Below the pieces are notes generated by a model. That model saw nothing but the letters and a program-made list of their open reading frames with translations, ran no database searches and was not told where the DNA came from. This document shows, in pieces, positions 1 through 12,743 of a stretch of DNA of 64,000 nt. Origin of the DNA: Octopus sinensis (Eukaryota). A program made the translations under genes and the position numbers. How positions within the stretch are numbered: the stretch's first letter is position 1; each line of letters begins with the position of its first letter. The DNA is taken from the NCBI RefSeq assembly GCF_006345805.1, contig NC_043013.1, forward strand, positions 20,708,001 through 20,772,000, in the 5' to 3' direction.

Positions 1-1
1 C

Positions 2-629
2 ACTACAACTCATATTCACAGCCAAGTCGATGCAATCAAGCCATCTCCTCCTCATTCTTCCTCTGCAAGTAATCAACTATAAAACATCATTCACGATGTG
101 GTAAATTATGACATTGTTTACAGATGTCCGACTGAGCAGCCAGAGGTAGAGTTCAGCTTTCTAACCACAATGAGTAGAAATGAGACAATAAAGACAAAAC
201 TTGCCGGTGTTTGTTCGTCAAGAAAGAGAAAAGCAACATTTCCTTTTTATGAGATTAACGTGATCATTACATTATTGAGCATTACATTTCTAGGAAATCT
301 GAGAACACCGTTTCTTTATATATGATATTAGCGACGGAAACTGTATTAATACTAGAAAGCAGTCTTTATATCCTAGTCAACATGGCTGTGGTATTTAGAG
401 CACCGAATATTGCGGTATTTGTCTCCGAGGTCTTTTCGTATTGATTTACGTTGTGAAAGCAGACATTTATCGTAGCAGACGACAATCATCTGCTACCACG
501 GCTAATGTTTAGTTTTTAAAAAGAAATTGCTGCTTGTTTGCAATACCAATAACTCAAAGATCAATTCTATTCTATATAATGCTGGCAGTAACATTTGGAT
601 GGTACACAGGATTGAACTTCTGCCACTGA
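2..629 (+). pseudogene. Possible decayed multi-pass membrane-protein coding segment (weak Cys-loop/nAChR-like resemblance)
   Basis: The frame can be extended through 2 stops (80-82, 510-512) and two +1 shifts in T runs (287-289, 433-436). It has several hydrophobic stretches and motif echoes (N..*NII, YRC..E.P.V.F, FYEINVII, SENTVSLY, ETVLIL), but spacings do not fit well. Confidence 0.25.
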
Positions 630-1647
630 GAAGGCTCACCACGCTGAAATCACGTGATCTACTAGTTCCGGGGATCATATCAGCCGGTTCTCGTCTACTG
701 CGATAGATTTGTGTTTTTAACAGCGTACGTTAATATGAGAGAATCTCAAAAGATGAATACAGCAGTATCCGGCGCTTTGGTACATTCACGTTTAGTGGGA
801 AGACTACGGTTCAAAGGAGTAAACGGTTTGCGTGTTGGGTAGAGTGGATTTTTTTATAAGCGGAAGAACCAGCAGGAACCTCAGCTCGTTTCAGAAGGAC
901 TGTGTGCGTGTGTGTGTGTGTGTGCGCGCGCACATTATATCATAAACCCTATGTGTGGTTGTATATACATAAAAAATATCTGGCTGAAAACTGTGTCCCT
1001 GTATATTTTAATGTGTGTGTTTATAAGTATGTATTCGTGTGGATACTTATGTAATACTGTTTGTGTATAGAATGTCTGAGACAAAATTCCATTCCAATGA
1101 AGATTGTTCGATAAGCGATTGTGAAATTGATTAAAGAAACTCATTGGAGACAATAACAACTTCATACAAATAACAAATACTCTAAAACCAAATTAAAAAT
1201 TTAGCATTTCCCTGCAGAATCTGCGACACAATGATGCCTTCTCTTTTGACGAATCGCTCAAATGTTAGCTTTCGAAATTTTGAAGAATGGGATTGAGCTT
1301 TTTGTAGGGGAAGTGGAGCTGGTATCAGTTTTGTAATTGTCTTGTCTTCACATAATATATATTTTTTTTTATTTCTAAACTGTGTCAAATAAATCTCTTG
1401 CCTTTATCGCCGATATTAAATGCTTGATCTTCCCCCTTTCCGTTTTTTCCTTTCTTTGCCTCTTTCAACATTACCCATAAATTCTTCTTTCGTCTCCCAC
1501 CCATGCACTTTTGACGTTAACATTTATCATTTTGGGATAAAAGGAAATTTTTATACAGAAGAATTGCAACTCTGTTTATAACTACCAAACTCCAGCCAGG
1601 TGCAAAACCCTTAGAAGCCAGATCCCAGAACTTGAAATACTTTGTTA

Positions 1648-1940
1648 CATATTTTATCTTCTTGTCAAAGACTCCATTATTTGATCGGGATATATTCATA
1701 TAAACTAATTTTCACCTTTTTATCATTATAAAAAAATGTATTACCTGTTCTAAAAGCTTTTATCTAAACTATTTCTTGACTCATCACAGACGATGCACAT
1801 ATTTTATCTCCTTGTCAAAGACTCTATTCGGAATATATTCATATAAACTAATTCTTTCCCCATATCATTATTAAAAAAATATTTTATTACCTGACTGGAA
1901 TGGTTTTATGTAATGTTTTGACTCATCACAGAGGATACGC
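1648..1940 (+). repeat. Diverged 150-bp tandem repeat x2
   Basis: CATATTTTATCT..TTGTCAAAGACTC starts at 1648 and 1798. Confidence 0.8.
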
Positions 1941-2186
1941 AATGCCTCAAACCTTTTCAAACTCAAACTAAGTCATTTGATTTGAATACATTTTTGTAAA
2001 ACTAATTTTTGATACCACAGAGGATACACGAAACCTCACACTTTACTTTTGAAAATCTTTTCGAATAAGTGAAACCGCTTAAGTTAATAAATACTTTTAA
2101 AAGACTCTTGCATTTTCAGATTCTTTTCCTTATATTTTTACTCGTGGGGTAACCCTCAACTTTAATTTGTTATATATGTGTATATA

Positions 2187-2577
2187 GGCCCAGGAGTGGC
2201 TGTGCGGTAAGTAGCTTGCTTGCCAACCACATGGTTCCGGGTTCAGTCCCACTGCGTGGCATCTTGGGCAAGTGTCTTCTACTATAGCCTCGAGCCGACC
2301 AAAGCCTTGGGAGTGGATTTAGTAGACGGAAATTGAAAGAAGCCCGTCGTATATATGTAGATATACATATATATATATGTGTGTGTATATATATGTGTGT
2401 GGTTGCTTGACAACCAATGCTGGTGTATTTATGTCCCCGTCACTTAGCGGTTCGGCAAAAAGAGACTGATAGATTAAGTACTAGGCTTACAAAGAATAAG
2501 ATCCGGGGTCGATTTGCTGGACCAAAGGCGGTGCTCTAGCATGGCCGCAGCAAATGACTAAAACAAGTAAAAGAGTA
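2187..2577 (+). mobile_element. tRNA-derived SINE, family S1 (head, internal microsatellite, conserved tail)
   Basis: A-box-like TGGCTGTGCGG, B-box-like GGTTCAGTCC, TTGGGCAAGTGTCTTC core, and a tail shared with many copies in the window. Confidence 0.85.
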
Positions 2578-2616
2578 TATATATATATATACACATATAT
2601 ATATATACATAAATAC

Positions 2617-2661
<45 letters not shown>

Positions 2662-2699
2662 GTATGTGTGTATGTAAAATTTATTTTTGAAATGTAGTT

Positions 2700-2850
2700 C
2701 TTCACGGTTTCCGTCCGTCAAATTTCACTCACAAGGTAGCCATCCGCTAACTCCTAGGTGTGGCGGAAGATAACTGTACGAGACCCTGCCTGACAGACAG
2801 GAACCGGGAACCATATAGCACGAAAATGAACTTCTTAACCACACGGCTAT
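2700..2850 (-). mobile_element. S1 SINE head, diverged
   Basis: Reverse complement resembles the S1 head. Confidence 0.55.
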
Positions 2851-4460
2851 ATCTGTAACAAAAATAATTAATAATAATCATTATTTCTACCAAAATAGAA
2901 GACAAGTTACTCGGATATCTGTAATAATGTTTCCGTGGATTTTATTCCTCTCTTCATTGTTCCTGTTCAAGCCAGCCATTAATGGCACATTTTATTGGTG
3001 CCATTCTTACAGTTTGCTTTATTTCTTCTTCTTTACTATTATTATTGTTCGTCTTATTGTTGTTGTTGATGTTCCAGACTCCTGTACTTGTTCAGATTCT
3101 TGTCATAATAACATTATTTTATTACCCGACCAAATAGATTATTTTGTTGTTATTGTACTTCTTACTTGCTGTTGTTGTTCTTGATTTTATTACGAATAAC
3201 ACTATTGTTTCTTTTTCAATTTCTTTTCGTTGTTACTTTTATGATTGTTGCTAACCGTATTCAACTCAGGACAATCAACAAAGACAATCCAACCCCGACT
3301 GCACCATCTATTTTGGAGCCGCCTAGTACTAAATTATCTAATTTCTCCTTCCCATATTTAAGAACGATCTTCTGCTATTTCTAGCAGGGTAGGTGACCTC
3401 GTCATCACTGTTATTGTTGTTGTTGTTGTTCCATCTGAGATTTCGTTTGAAAATCACTCAATTAATGTTGCCCTTTGGCTGTTCTTCTTACTAATGTTCT
3501 CATTTGTTACGTTGTTGCCGTTTTTATTGTTGATAGAGAAAGGTTTCTTCTTGTCAATGACTAAACTCGATAGCAATTTACTAATTGAAACGTAGTTTAA
3601 TTCGGTGTCCTTTTCAGCAAATGGTATCCGTTCTGATGATGGTTGCCCAGCGTCACTGTCACCGTGGCACAAATACCGTTGCATCTGCGTTGCCATTACA
3701 ACTGGCGCATGTGGGCCCTGCCCGCAAGGATGGTAAGCGCCCCGACTGAAGAAACTTCTTTGCATACGAGGGAAGAAAATCTTTAATTTGGGATGTGACT
3801 TACTGCATTGTCAGCACGCTCGGGTATCACTCTCGTGGCTCAGAAGACAGGGAGTGAATCAAATACAGGAGCCTGACCTGCTACTATTCCTTTGTGTCAG
3901 TTGCCGCCGTGACCTCAGGTGTTCTCATTCCTCGCACTACTGTTTTCTTCTGCAAAATCACCTGTCTGGCAAATGAGATCCGTGAGATAGCGTGACTGAT
4001 GCAGCCTTGCTGGCCAGTCTCCCCAGCAACGCCTTTGCAACTATGCCTGCAAGTTGCGGCTGAACACGGCATTTTGACTGAAGTGCACAACCCCAAACCT
4101 TTTACTATTTAATTCCTCTCATTTTCTTCCGTTTTCATTTTTTTTAATTTTGTTTTGGTGAGGTACTGCTGTGATTTTTTCTCGATAATTTGATATCTTA
4201 TACTTTTAATTTTGTTTCCTTCTCTTCTTATAAGATATACGTTGATATCATTTAAAGAAAAAATTAAGGCTGCCTCACTAGAAAAAATCATACCAACTAA
4301 TACAGACTAATCTAAGGTACAACCTCCTGTCTCATCTCAGATACGTCTTACTCCAATCGTTAACAAGTTGCATCTTACTGAAGCTACAAATGATGTAAAT
4401 TAATAATAATGCAAACAATAAATTATTATTTAAAATGTAAACATACTGAAAAAAATTATT

Positions 4461-4519
<59 letters not shown>

Positions 4520-5970
4520 CAATAGTAATAATAATTATAATAATAATAATAATAATTGTTTTGGTATAAAAGATGGGCCACAGCAAATATTCTGCTCAAT
4601 ACCACAAAATTGCTTGTCAGCTGCTTGACCTTAATCAGTTGAGCATGTCCGTTATTGGCTAACAATATGTGCATCTCTGATCACGAGCAGAAATAGTGGG
4701 GGAGCATCATAGCCGTGTGTTGAAAGGAATTCTTGGAGGTTTGGATAATTCGCCTTTGAAAACATAGGCGTTTCTTTCAACATACTTTAAGACCTGGATA
4801 AAATTCCAACTGAACCCCATCTGCAAGGTGAAGCACTGTTTATCTTGATATGAGATCACCCTGCCGCGTACATACGGTTGCGATGTATGTGTCTGGTGTA
4901 CCCTTATCAGTCATATAGTCATGATGGGTATACAGGGCTTCGTATATTTGTACCCCAGTGTCGCAATGCTAGCATGCACTGCTCTCTCATTCAATAATAA
5001 AAATTATTATTATATAATGGCTTATAGTTTAAACCCGAAGTCAAAGAGGTGTTAGTCGGTCGAAACCATGGACCCCAGTTCTCAAATCGTATTTTTATCG
5101 ATCCCAGTACTTGATCGGTACTTTATACTATCGATCTCAAATGGATGCCTTCAGTGAAATTTGAACTCAACTCAGAACCCTGAGACGGAAAAAATACTGC
5201 AAGGCATTTCCTTCGACATTTTAACGATTCTGTCAATCTATCGCTGTTATATTATGTAAAAGAAATACTTTAACAATTTTCTTAACCACCGCCTCACCTT
5301 CTTCATCATCATCTTCAACGTCAACGTTCTGTCTACCCACCCTTTCACTCCGACGCTCACTAGTAGAGTTATAAACCTTCCACTACCACCCCACCCGCAC
5401 ACAACCTATGTCTGTGTGTCTCGGATGAATTCTCGACTGCTCAGCCTGACAGTTCAATAAAAGATCCATTTGTTGAATTCTGATTATTGAATTCGATTTT
5501 CTATTTATAATATGATGATAGCTTTTATTGATATTGTATGAGAGAGAGAGAGAGAGAGAGAGAGATAGAAGAGAGTGAGTGAGTGAGAGGTGGTGAGGCA
5601 TGGAAGGAATTATGAAGGGGGGTGGATATTGATGGTTGAATAAAAGAAAGAAGAGACAGGACGGGAATCGTAAAATGTGGGCGAGGAGAGAATTAGGTGG
5701 CGACTAGTGGGAATGTAAGAGAACGGGTAGGAAAAGAAGGGAAAGAGAGAAAATGGGTGGTAAAGAAACACAAGGCAGTAAGAGAGGGTGGGAGAAAGTG
5801 AGAGGAAAAGGGAAAAAGAAACGTGGATGTGTGTGCGGGGGGGGGGGGGGTGGATATGTTTTGCAAACTTAGAATTATTATTAGCGGTAGCCGTAGCAGT
5901 AGTTGGTGTGTGGGAAGTAGCGGTAGCAATATTACTGGAAAGAATATTAACAACGAATATATGTACACAT

Positions 5971-6100
5971 ACTTACCAACCACGTGGTTCCGGGTTCAGC
6001 CCCACTGCGTGGCACCCTGGACAAGTTTTTTTTCTACTATAGCATCGGGCCGACCAAAGTGGATTTGGTAGACGGAAACTGAAAGAAGCCCATCGTATAT
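5971..6100 (+). mobile_element. S1 SINE head fragment
   Basis: CCAACCACGTGGTTCCGGGTTCAG...GACGGAAACTGAAAGAAGCCC. Confidence 0.8.
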
Positions 6101-6149
6101 ATATATACCTGCCTTCGTCTTTTGTTTATTTTCGTAACTTTCCCTTTAT

Positions 6150-6356
<207 letters not shown>

Positions 6357-6986
6357 GCAGTTCAAAATGCCTTTTTATAAACCTAAAGCGACGTGTTTGC
6401 AGAAATAATATGTGTTCTGTGGTGTCTCCAGCACTACATATGCTCGTACATACACACTGATATGTCTTATGTCGCGAAAGTTTTTATTCAGCATCTCTAA
6501 AGATTTAATGCTAGACATAGAAATTTATCGAGCACTTTCGTAGACTCATTCTTTCAAATACATATCATGATGTATCGCACTAAAATGGAATAATGATATA
6601 TTGATAAATCTAAACGCAATTGTCGTTTACCGATATGCTTTGCTTTGTAGTGCTGTGGTTAAATGTGAAAGTCTAGAGCTTGTTTGAAGATTAAGCGAAT
6701 TTTTATTTCTCGTGACATCATTGCTGCCAATGTATTTAATCTAAAAAAAAACCAGGCCAGCATTCATTTGATTGTTACTGTTGGAGCTTGGAGCTGTACG
6801 CTTATTTATTTATTTTTTATTTTTTAATTTTTGTTAAATCTGCCAGTTTGCAGAAACGGGATGTGTACCAATGATATTTTTATTTTTATTTATTTATATA
6901 TCAAAGGCATTCTGATACACCACGTCGATATTTCGCATAATGTGTGAATCTACGAACGAGCAGGTGCGATGTGTGTATGTACATAT

Positions 6987-7021
<35 letters not shown>

Positions 7022-7245
7022 GGTATGCATGTATGTATGCGTGTATGCATGTATGCATATATGCATGTATGTATGTATGCATGAATGTGTGTGTGTATGT
7101 TAACGGTTTGCAGCCGTATACTCAACATTCAGGAATTGGATCACCCATTTTGCATATCTTAAACTACCACTGACGAGATTCGACTTCCAAATAATTTTTA
7201 ATTGTATTACTTAATTTTCTGAAAGGCTAGAATTGAAACAGATGT

Positions 7246-7314
7246 AAGGGATGTTTGTCAATTTTTTAAAGGGATGTTTGTCAATTTTTTAAAGGAATGT
7301 TTGTCAATTTTTTA
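7246..7314 (+). repeat. 23-bp minisatellite x3
   Basis: AAGGGATGTTTGTCAATTTTTTA at 7246, 7269 and 7292. Confidence 0.9.
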
Positions 7315-7493
7315 ATTAATAAGTAATAATTTATTAATAATCTCTCTATTTTCTCATCTTATTGTAATAAATAGATATATGTAAACCACGGTCTATATAG
7401 TTACCTCACAGTTGAATATTGATTGTAATAATGAAATATAATTGTAATGTTCGTAGGATTTGGTATCCTTTAATGAGGTTTGTAGCCTTTACT

Positions 7494-7540
<47 letters not shown>

Positions 7541-7541
7541 G

Positions 7542-7805
7542 CTCTTTTAATCTTTTACTCGTTTCAGTAATTTGACTGCGGCCATGCTGGAGCACCGCCT
7601 TTAGTCAAATCAAATCGACCCCAGGACTTATTCTTTGTGAGCCTAGTACTTATTCTATCGGTCTCTTTTGCCGAACCTCTAAGTTACGGGGACCTAAACA
7701 CACCAGCATCGGTTGGCAAGCGATGTTGGGGGGGGGGTCAAACACAGATACACAACACACACAAACACACACACTCACATATATATATGACCCTTACGAC
7801 GGTCT
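7542..7805 (-). mobile_element. S1 SINE tail half
   Basis: Reverse complement of the S1 tail (GGCCATGCTGGAGCACCGCC...CCTAGTACTTATTCTATCGG). Confidence 0.8.
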
Positions 7806-7926
7806 GTTACTAAACGCCTCATATCCTTATGCGCGCATACAAATGTTTCTATCTCTCTCTTTATATATATATATATGCGTGTGGTGTGTGTGTATGTATT
7901 ATGTTTATATATATATATATTATATA

Positions 7927-7970
<44 letters not shown>

Positions 7971-9005
7971 CGTTCTCAGACTTGTACTAGATCTATTTCG
8001 AGTGCTGAGACCATGCTTGAGTGCCATCTATTACTATAAACTACATCTGGCGAATGAAAGATCTAAACGCTGCCCTCCATTATGTATTATTTTTCTTCTT
8101 CGGCGGCGTTGATACATCTAAGACATCAGCAGAATATTCTGATGTTTTTACAAAGATTTACATCTACATCAAGTCGATATTTGAAATTCTTTGACTGGAC
8201 TTTTAGATTATACCGTAACTAGTTTGATGGAATTATTAATTCTAATATTTTTTCTCATTTCCTTTACTGGAATCTTATTAAATTTATTATGTCCTTTATT
8301 GAAATCTCATTTACTGTATTTTATAGCCAATAGGTCGTTTTGGAAGCTCATTTTGCTGCTAATTCTTGTTTGTTTCTTTGTGCACAAAAACACATACACA
8401 TACACATACATACACATGCACACACATACACACACGAACACATACACAGTCATGTTATTAAAACGTTTCCTTTAAGACTTCAGGTAATGATTACAGCCTT
8501 GCTGGGACGATTTGTAGTTATAGATTTGCGTAGGTGTGTATACTTGATTCTCAGATAAAATGATCTTTGTTATATTTCGTTCTTGGAATAATAAGGCACA
8601 AAAAGAAAATGACTCTCCACAGACACAACAGAATAAGATCTTTGTTAATTTTATCAAAATCCTCGAACAAATATTTTTATATAACTGCGGCAATTTTCTT
8701 TTTACCTCTTTCTCAATTTTTCACAATGACATATTATCAATACATTTATGTCTGTTTATTTCATACCGAATAGACCCAATTATGTTGATACAGCCTGTCT
8801 ATAAATATTATTAGGAAACTAAGTACATTATTGTTGAACTGAAATTAAATGTAGTAAAAATAAACAGAATATGGTATTTTGCATTTCATTTAGTTGAAGA
8901 GTGAGTAAACAAGCGAGATACTTCTCCCTTGAAAGAAGAAGCAGAAAAATACAAAAGAAACAAGCTTATTGCCTATATAATATATATGTTCTCAGACTTG
9001 TACTA

Positions 9006-9398
9006 GGCGTAGGAGTGACTGTGTGGTAAGTAGCTTGCTTACCAACCACATGGTTCTGAGTTCAGTCACATTGCGTGGCACCCAGGGCAAGTGTCTTCTA
9101 CTATAACCTAGAGCCGACCAAAGCCTTGTGAGTGGATTTGATAGGCGGAAACTGAAAGAAGCCCGCTGTATATATGTATATATATTTTTATGTGGGTGTA
9201 TACGTTTATGCGTCTGTGTTTGTCCCACCAACGTTGCTAGAACACCGATGCTCGTGTGTTTACGTCACCGTCACTTAGAGGTTCGGCAAAAGAGACTGAT
9301 AGAATAAGTACTAGGCTTCCAAAGTCCTGGGGTTGATTTGTTCGACCAAAGGCGGTGCTCCAGCATGGCCGCAGTTAAATGACTGAAACAAGTAAAAC
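9006..9398 (+). mobile_element. S1 SINE, full length
   Basis: High similarity to 2187-2577 over head and tail. Confidence 0.85.
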
Positions 9399-9436
9399 AG
9401 TATGTGTATCTGTGTCTATATGTATGGGTATGTGTT

Positions 9437-9483
<47 letters not shown>

Positions 9484-10049
9484 GTGTGCGTGTGTATGTG
9501 TGCACGTGCGCTCGCGTGTGCCGATTTGTCTTGTATAATTCCTGAAAGTGTATAAAATGCAAGAATCTCCAATTCAGTGCTCAACACGAACTCTTGTATA
9601 TCTACACCCTCGTTCTGAAACTTGCACGGTGGCAAAAACTCTGGGCATGTCACTGGTGGAAGCAATGCGTATGTCTTAAGAAGAGTAACATATAGTACAA
9701 GAAGAGGACGAATGATGAATTTTTCAATATTGCAATGACTCAGAAACTAGTCTGTCGCTGCTGGTTCAGCTGGGTGGAGGCGCTTATCTCCCCCTTGAAA
9801 ACATAAGGACATAGGAAATGTGTCAAGGGTGACAGGAAGCGGTACTGCTTCCTAGGGCTAAATAGCAGTAGTATTATTCCCTTCATGGGACTGTCACATT
9901 AAGTTGACAGCATACAACCACTATATATATTATATTATATAATATATATATTATAATATATATAATATATATATATATATATATACATATATATACTTAC
10001 ATATAGAGAACATAGTGTACGTACGCCGCTATATAATATATATATATAT

Positions 10050-10081
<32 letters not shown>

Positions 10082-10089
10082 AAATACAA

Positions 10090-10290
10090 AATGGGACGAG
10101 AACGCAAAACATCCAGGAGACGATACAAAAAACACGGACGGGTCATTCGAAGCCTTTAATCTTCAGTCAAGAACCGGATCATAGCCGAAATTACGAGGAT
10201 GATCTGGTACTTGACTGAAGATTAAAGGCTTCGAATGACCTGTGCGTGTTTTTGTATCATCTTCTGGATGTTTTGCGTTCTTGTCCCAAT
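10090..10290. mobile_element. Inverted-repeat element in (TA)n (family E)
   Basis: Arms ~10090-10181 and 10200-10290 with several mismatches and an 18-nt loop; related sequence at 26655-26725. Confidence 0.65.
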
Positions 10291-10293
10291 TGT

Positions 10294-10342
<49 letters not shown>

Positions 10343-11142
10343 AAAATTCAGTTGAATTAGTTGAGGCACCGAGTATGTCCAGCATTTTCCGCACAGCTCG
10401 AAGTCAAGTGAATGGAAAGCAAATAAGCAACAAGTATGTCCGGGTATTAGTGCATTACGGCCGTTTTAAGCGGCTCTATTTAATCGATCGACGCAAACAT
10501 TACATCAATTTGAAATAACCCGGTCTCCTCGGATGCGTACGACCATCTGCGCGCGCGTGCATGCGTGTGCTTGTGTGTGTGTGTGTGTGCGTGTGTGAGG
10601 GCACTTTTGTACATGTAAATATATATGTGCGTATGTATGTGTTTGTTATTGAAAACAGTTCATATCAATATTGAAGACGCCAACAAGTTAAAAAGCTGAA
10701 AGTTTTTCATCATATGATGTCGATATTTTTTTTTATTTTATACTGGAATAATCCACTTCGTTGATCTCAACGAGACTCATTAAAGATAAATAATGGAATT
10801 ATCACAATTTTGTCAATACGTATTTCTTATCTTTTATCTTCTACTTGTTTCAATCTTTAGACTGCCGCCATGCTAGGGCACTGACTCGAAGAATTCTTAC
10901 TACAATGAATATTTCACAGTCATTTTTTTTCTGTTTTGTTTGTTTGTTCTTTGTTTGTTAAGCCTAAGACACATTTGTCTAACAGCTTAAGTTCGGAAAC
11001 GTAAACAAACCGACACTGGTTGTCAAGTGGTGGTGGAGGAAAATCACAGACACGAAGAAACACAGAAACACACACAGATACATACACACACACACACACA
11101 CACACATACACATGCACACAAATATATATATATATATATACA

Positions 11143-11323
11143 CGACGAGCTTCTTTCACTTTCCGTCTGCTAAATTCACTCATAAGGCTTTGGTCCATCA
11201 GAGGCTATGGTAGAGGACAGTGGTCCAAGATGCCACACAGTGGGAAGACACTTGCCCAAAGTGCCACATAATGGGATTGAATTCGGAATCAAGCTGCTTA
11301 CCACACAGCCACGGCTGCTCCTG
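11143..11323 (-). mobile_element. S1 SINE head
   Basis: Reverse complement of the S1 head, with a small internal duplication. Confidence 0.75.
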
Positions 11324-11540
11324 CAAGATTCTTAAAAACCAGCCATGACTACGCCTAGTATATTTACAATTTTGTGTGTGTGGTTTACAAAGCGGTTATT
11401 ATTTTAAAGCTAGTATCAGAGCAACAAAGCATGAACCGATGATGTTACTGATTGATAAGTATCCAGTTAGACTATAAAGTTAAAGTCGTGTGTGAATTTA
11501 CAACATACAAACTTAGGTATGAGTGGGAGCAGTGTATGTT

Positions 11541-11579
<39 letters not shown>

Positions 11580-11751
11580 AATATTAGGGAATAAATCCAA
11601 ATTTACAGGGAAAAAATCAGATTTAGGATTAAATCCAATTTTATAGTAAAATATTATAAAATATTATTAGAGACAAAACCACTATTTTGCAAAACAAACA
11701 AGGAAAGACTTAATCAATACATAAAATTTTAATAAATAGTCAAAAAAACCG

Positions 11752-11794
11752 CCACTACAATTGTTACTTGTCTTGATCGACAATCTTCAGGTGG
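11752..11794 (-). ncRNA. Type I hammerhead-like fold, family B (- arm), A13U variant
   Basis: Exact reverse complement of 11829-11871. Confidence 0.6.
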
Positions 11795-11828
11795 ACTTCC
11801 AATAAGTCAGTTTCGACTTATTGGAAGT

Positions 11829-11871
11829 CCACCTGAAGATTGTCGATCAAGACAAGTAACAATTGTAGTGG
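11829..11871 (+). ncRNA. Type I hammerhead-like fold, family B (+ arm), A13U variant
   Basis: CCAC-CUGAAGA-UUGUC-GAUCAA-GACAA-GUAAC-AAUU-GUA-GUGG. Stem I CCAC/GUGG, 5-bp stem II, palindromic stem III ACAAUUGU, GUA triplet; GUAA replaces the canonical GAAA. Confidence 0.6.
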
Positions 11872-11964
11872 CGGTTTTTTTTGACTATTTATTAAATTTT
11901 ATGTATTGATTAAGTCTTTCCTTGTTTGTTTTGCAAAATAGTGGTTTTGTCTCTAATAATATTT

Positions 11965-12189
<225 letters not shown>

Positions 12190-12192
<3 letters not shown>

Positions 12193-12508
12193 GGCGCGTG
12201 GCTTAGTGGTTAGGGTATTCGGCTCATGATCGTAAGGTTGTGAGTTCGATTCGGCGACGCGTTGTGTCCTTGAGCAAGACACTTTATTTCACGTTGCTCC
12301 AGTCCACTCAGCTGGGAAAAATGAGTTGTACTTGTATTTCAAAGGGTCAGCCTTGTCACTCTCTGTGTCACGCTGATTATCCCCGAGAACTACGTTAAGG
12401 GTACACGTGTCTCTGGAATGGTCAGCCATTTGCACGTTAATTTCACGAGCAAGCTGTTCCGTTGATCGTATCAGCTGGGACCCTCGTCGTCGTAACCGGC
12501 GGAGTCTT
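12190..12508 (+). mobile_element. tRNA-derived SINE, family S2
   Basis: A box TGGCTTAGTGG, B box GTTCGATTC, TGTGTCCTTGAGCAAGACACTT core; inserted at the end of (TA)n. Confidence 0.85.
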
Positions 12509-12712
12509 TAGATATATATATATATATTGTGTGTGTGTATATGTGTAAATGTATATATATATATATATGTGTGTGTATGTATATATATATATGTATGTAT
12601 GTATATCTATGAATGTATGTATGTATATATACATACATATATTATGTATAGTATGAATGTATGTATACAAACACACACACACACAAACACATATATATAT
12701 ATATCTATATAC

Positions 12713-12743
<31 letters not shown>

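Noticed and set aside
3884-4096. Weak RT-like words on - (ISFARQVILQK)
   Set aside because: No recognisable conserved RT motif in frame.
5837-5851. Poly-G runs (also ~7727, ~63913) as G-quadruplex elements
   Set aside because: Simple homopolymers of uncertain length in a noisy assembly; no context for function.
7170-7176. Isolated CTGANGA words (also ~3745, ~53869, ~55957)
   Set aside because: No downstream GAAA/NUH with compatible stems.
7246-7314. Short direct repeats as a CRISPR array
   Set aside because: Head-to-tail with no unique spacers, no cas genes, and a eukaryotic context.
9375-9676. Exon-like frame on - (CPEFLPPCKFQNEG..)
   Set aside because: Weak AAG acceptor and no GT donor before the (CA)n tract.
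12190-12260. tRNA-like sequences (also 2187, 9006, 35295, 38698, 63925)
   Set aside because: A/B boxes are present but no complete cloverleaf, and they run into SINE bodies.
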